NCBI RefSeq assembly: GCF_031769215.1
Contig: NW_026782197.1
Location: forward strand, 248,001-312,000
Direction: 5' to 3'
Length of the DNA: 64,000 nucleotides
Source of the DNA: Ylistrum balloti
Lineage: Eukaryota
Under the pieces are notes generated by a model that was given only the letters and a program-made list of their open reading frames with translations, did not search any database and was not told the DNA's origin. Positions 62,005 to 64,000 of this stretch are shown here, piece after piece (position 1 is the stretch's first letter; the number at the start of each line of letters is the position of its first letter). The translations under genes were made by a program, and so were the position numbers.

Positions 62005-64000
62005 ATACAAAGAAAAACAAAAACTTTGTAAATAATGTAAATACGTTAGATACTTTTAATGTGTTAAACTCAAAATTTGTTGACGTTGATATAAATAACT
62101 CACCACAAAGCAATAACAGGAAATATATGAACAAGAAACAGAACTTGATCTGTATCAGCACTAATGCTGATAGTTTTATGAATAAATTTGATGAGTTTAA
62201 AAGTAGATTTTTAGTAGAAAACCAACCAGATATAATTGCAATTACTGAAGTTTTACCCAAGAATAGAAATTACACTATTGATAAAGCTGAACTAGAACTT
62301 TCAAACTACGAATTGTTTCCAAGCAATTTCCCAAACAATAAAAGAAGAGGTGTTATTGTTTATGTTACCAAGAAGTTGTGTGCTGTAGAGTTGAATTTTG
62401 AATCAGACTTTGAGGAAAGTGTGTTGCTGAAAATATCTCTGGATAAGAAAGATACAATGTTGTTTGGGTGTATATACAGAAGCCCTTCATCCAATGAACA
62501 AAACCTAGAGGCATTAAATGAACTGTTAAACAAGGCCTGTCAGGGTAACTTCACACATACCGTCATAACAGGGGATTTCAACTTCCCAGATATAGACTGG
62601 AATGATTTGACTACTAAGAATACAAATAGTGCTAAGTTCGTGGAATGTATTAGAGACAATTTTCTGTATCAAATTGTTGATAATGTCACCAGACATAGAC
62701 AAGGTCAAGAATCATCATTGCTAGATTTGATACTAGTTAACGATATTAACAATATTGTTGGGATCAAGTACTTGGATCCCTTGGGAGCCAGTGATCACTG
62801 TGTTATAAAATTTGAGTACCAATGCTACATAAAGGATGAAGGAAATAATCCCGACCGACTGAACTACTATAGAGGAAACTATGAAGCCATGAGAAAGGAT
62901 CTTGACATTGACTGGGATAAGGAGTTCATTGGTTGTGACACCATAAAGATGTGGGACATATTTCTCAGTAAGCTTTCATCGTCAATACAGAAGCACGTCC
63001 CAAAGGCCAAGCCTAGAAATATTAAGGGTTCAACACCACTGAGCAAGGAAACAGTAAAAAGTATTAAAAGGAAACACCGGCTATGGGAAAGACACATGGA
63101 AAGAGGCACAAAGGAAAGTTACAGGGAATATCGTAAGGCAAGAAATAAAGTGAAGCAACTAATTCGGAAAGAAAGGAAAGAAAAGGAGAGACAAGTGGCA
63201 GAATCAGCTAAGGCAAACAGCAAGAACTTCTGGAAGTATGTTAATTCAAAAAGAAAGTTGAGGGATGGTGTGGCAGAGCTTCATGTGAATACAACAGATG
63301 GAAAATCAGTAGCAAGCAGCGACGAAGAGAAGGCTGAAGTACTCGCAGACTTTTTCAGCAGTGTATTTACTGTAGAAGACTGTGAAAATATACCAGAGAT
63401 ACAAGAAAAAGATACAAAACAGAACAAAGTTGACAACATTACAACAGATGAAGTGAATAAAGTCCTGCATCAACTAAATGTTACAAAGTCACCAGGACCA
63501 GACAACCTACATCCGAAGGTGCTGCATGAGATCCAGAATGAAATAAGAAAACCATTGTGCATGATATTTGATAATACGCTGGAGTTGGGAAATATCCCAG
63601 AGATATGGAAAGTTGCCAAAATTACAGCAATTTTTAAAAAAGGGGACAAAAAATCAGCATCAAACTACAGGCCTGTCAGCCTGACCAGTATTGTGTGTAA
63701 GATGATGGAGAAGCTAATCAGAGTAAGAGCAATGGACTATATGAATGAGAACAACTTGTTTAGTGAGAGACAGTTTGGCTTCCTAGGAGGAAGATCAACA
63801 GCATTGCAACTACTGAGTGTTATTGACAGTTGGACTGAAGTATTAGACAGAGGGGGAGTGATTAATACAGTTTACATGGACTTCATGAAGGCCTTCGATA
63901 AAGTGCCTCACAAGAGACTCATTGAAAAGCTGAAAATGTATGGCTTACACCCGAAATTATGTCACTGGATTGAGCAATTTTTAACTAACAGGAAGCAGTG
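61962..64000 (+). CDS. LINE ORF2 (APE endonuclease plus reverse transcriptase), 3'-incomplete, uninterrupted for about 679 codons
   Basis: Manual translation: NADS, ITE, YRSP, GDFN, LDL and SDH (APE); KSPGPD..HP, NYRPVSLTS, QFGF and YMDFMKAFDKVPH (RT). No stop found. It is absent from the ORF track, presumably because it has no stop inside the window. Confidence 0.93.
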   Translation, partial: MGEESDKSKSECKLDTKKNKNFVNNVNTLDTFNVLNSKFVDVDINNSPQSNNRKYMNKKQNLICISTNADSFMNKFDEFKSRFLVENQPDIIAITEVLPKNRNYTIDKAELELSNYELFPSNFPNNKRRGVIVYVTKKLCAVELNFESDFEESVLLKISLDKKDTMLFGCIYRSPSSNEQNLEALNELLNKACQGNFTHTVITGDFNFPDIDWNDLTTKNTNSAKFVECIRDNFLYQIVDNVTRHRQGQESSLLDLILVNDINNIVGIKYLDPLGASDHCVIKFEYQCYIKDEGNNPDRLNYYRGNYEAMRKDLDIDWDKEFIGCDTIKMWDIFLSKLSSSIQKHVPKAKPRNIKGSTPLSKETVKSIKRKHRLWERHMERGTKESYREYRKARNKVKQLIRKERKEKERQVAESAKANSKNFWKYVNSKRKLRDGVAELHVNTTDGKSVASSDEEKAEVLADFFSSVFTVEDCENIPEIQEKDTKQNKVDNITTDEVNKVLHQLNVTKSPGPDNLHPKVLHEIQNEIRKPLCMIFDNTLELGNIPEIWKVAKITAIFKKGDKKSASNYRPVSLTSIVCKMMEKLIRVRAMDYMNENNLFSERQFGFLGGRSTALQLLSVIDSWTEVLDRGGVINTVYMDFMKAFDKVPHKRLIEKLKMYGLHPKLCHWIEQFLTNRKQ

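Larger units (their letters stand above)
61520..64000 (+). mobile_element. 5'-truncated CR1-type LINE retrotransposon running off the window
   Basis: Partial ORF1 followed by ORF2 with APE endonuclease and RT motifs. Confidence 0.95.

Overview
AT-rich eukaryotic genomic DNA, most likely from a mollusc such as a bivalve (inferred from the repeat families, not proven). One large + strand gene dominates the window. I traced 17 GT-AG coding exons by hand from 9977 to 55977. They join in phase into about 690 aa of a glutamate carboxypeptidase II / NAALADase / transferrin-receptor family (M28B) ectodomain. The start and transmembrane exon(s) were not found. The protein looks catalytically dead: the catalytic Glu-Glu is replaced by Thr-Lys and the last Zn-ligand His by Ser, while the His/Asp/Asp ligands of the other Zn site remain. 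More than 20 unrelated minisatellite arrays cover roughly a quarter of the window. Two of them are tandem amplifications of an exon 3' end plus its splice donor, and both share a TTACCTG...CAGGTA hairpin over the donor. Also present: Helentron/HINE-like non-autonomous elements, small MITEs, a scrambled Tc1/mariner remnant, a Penelope GIY-YIG tail, and a 5'-truncated CR1-type LINE whose ORF2 is open to the window end. There are no prokaryotic features and no CRISPR array. Nearly all ORFs in the supplied track are repeat artefacts or partial exons. All coordinates were counted by hand, and repeat boundaries are approximate.
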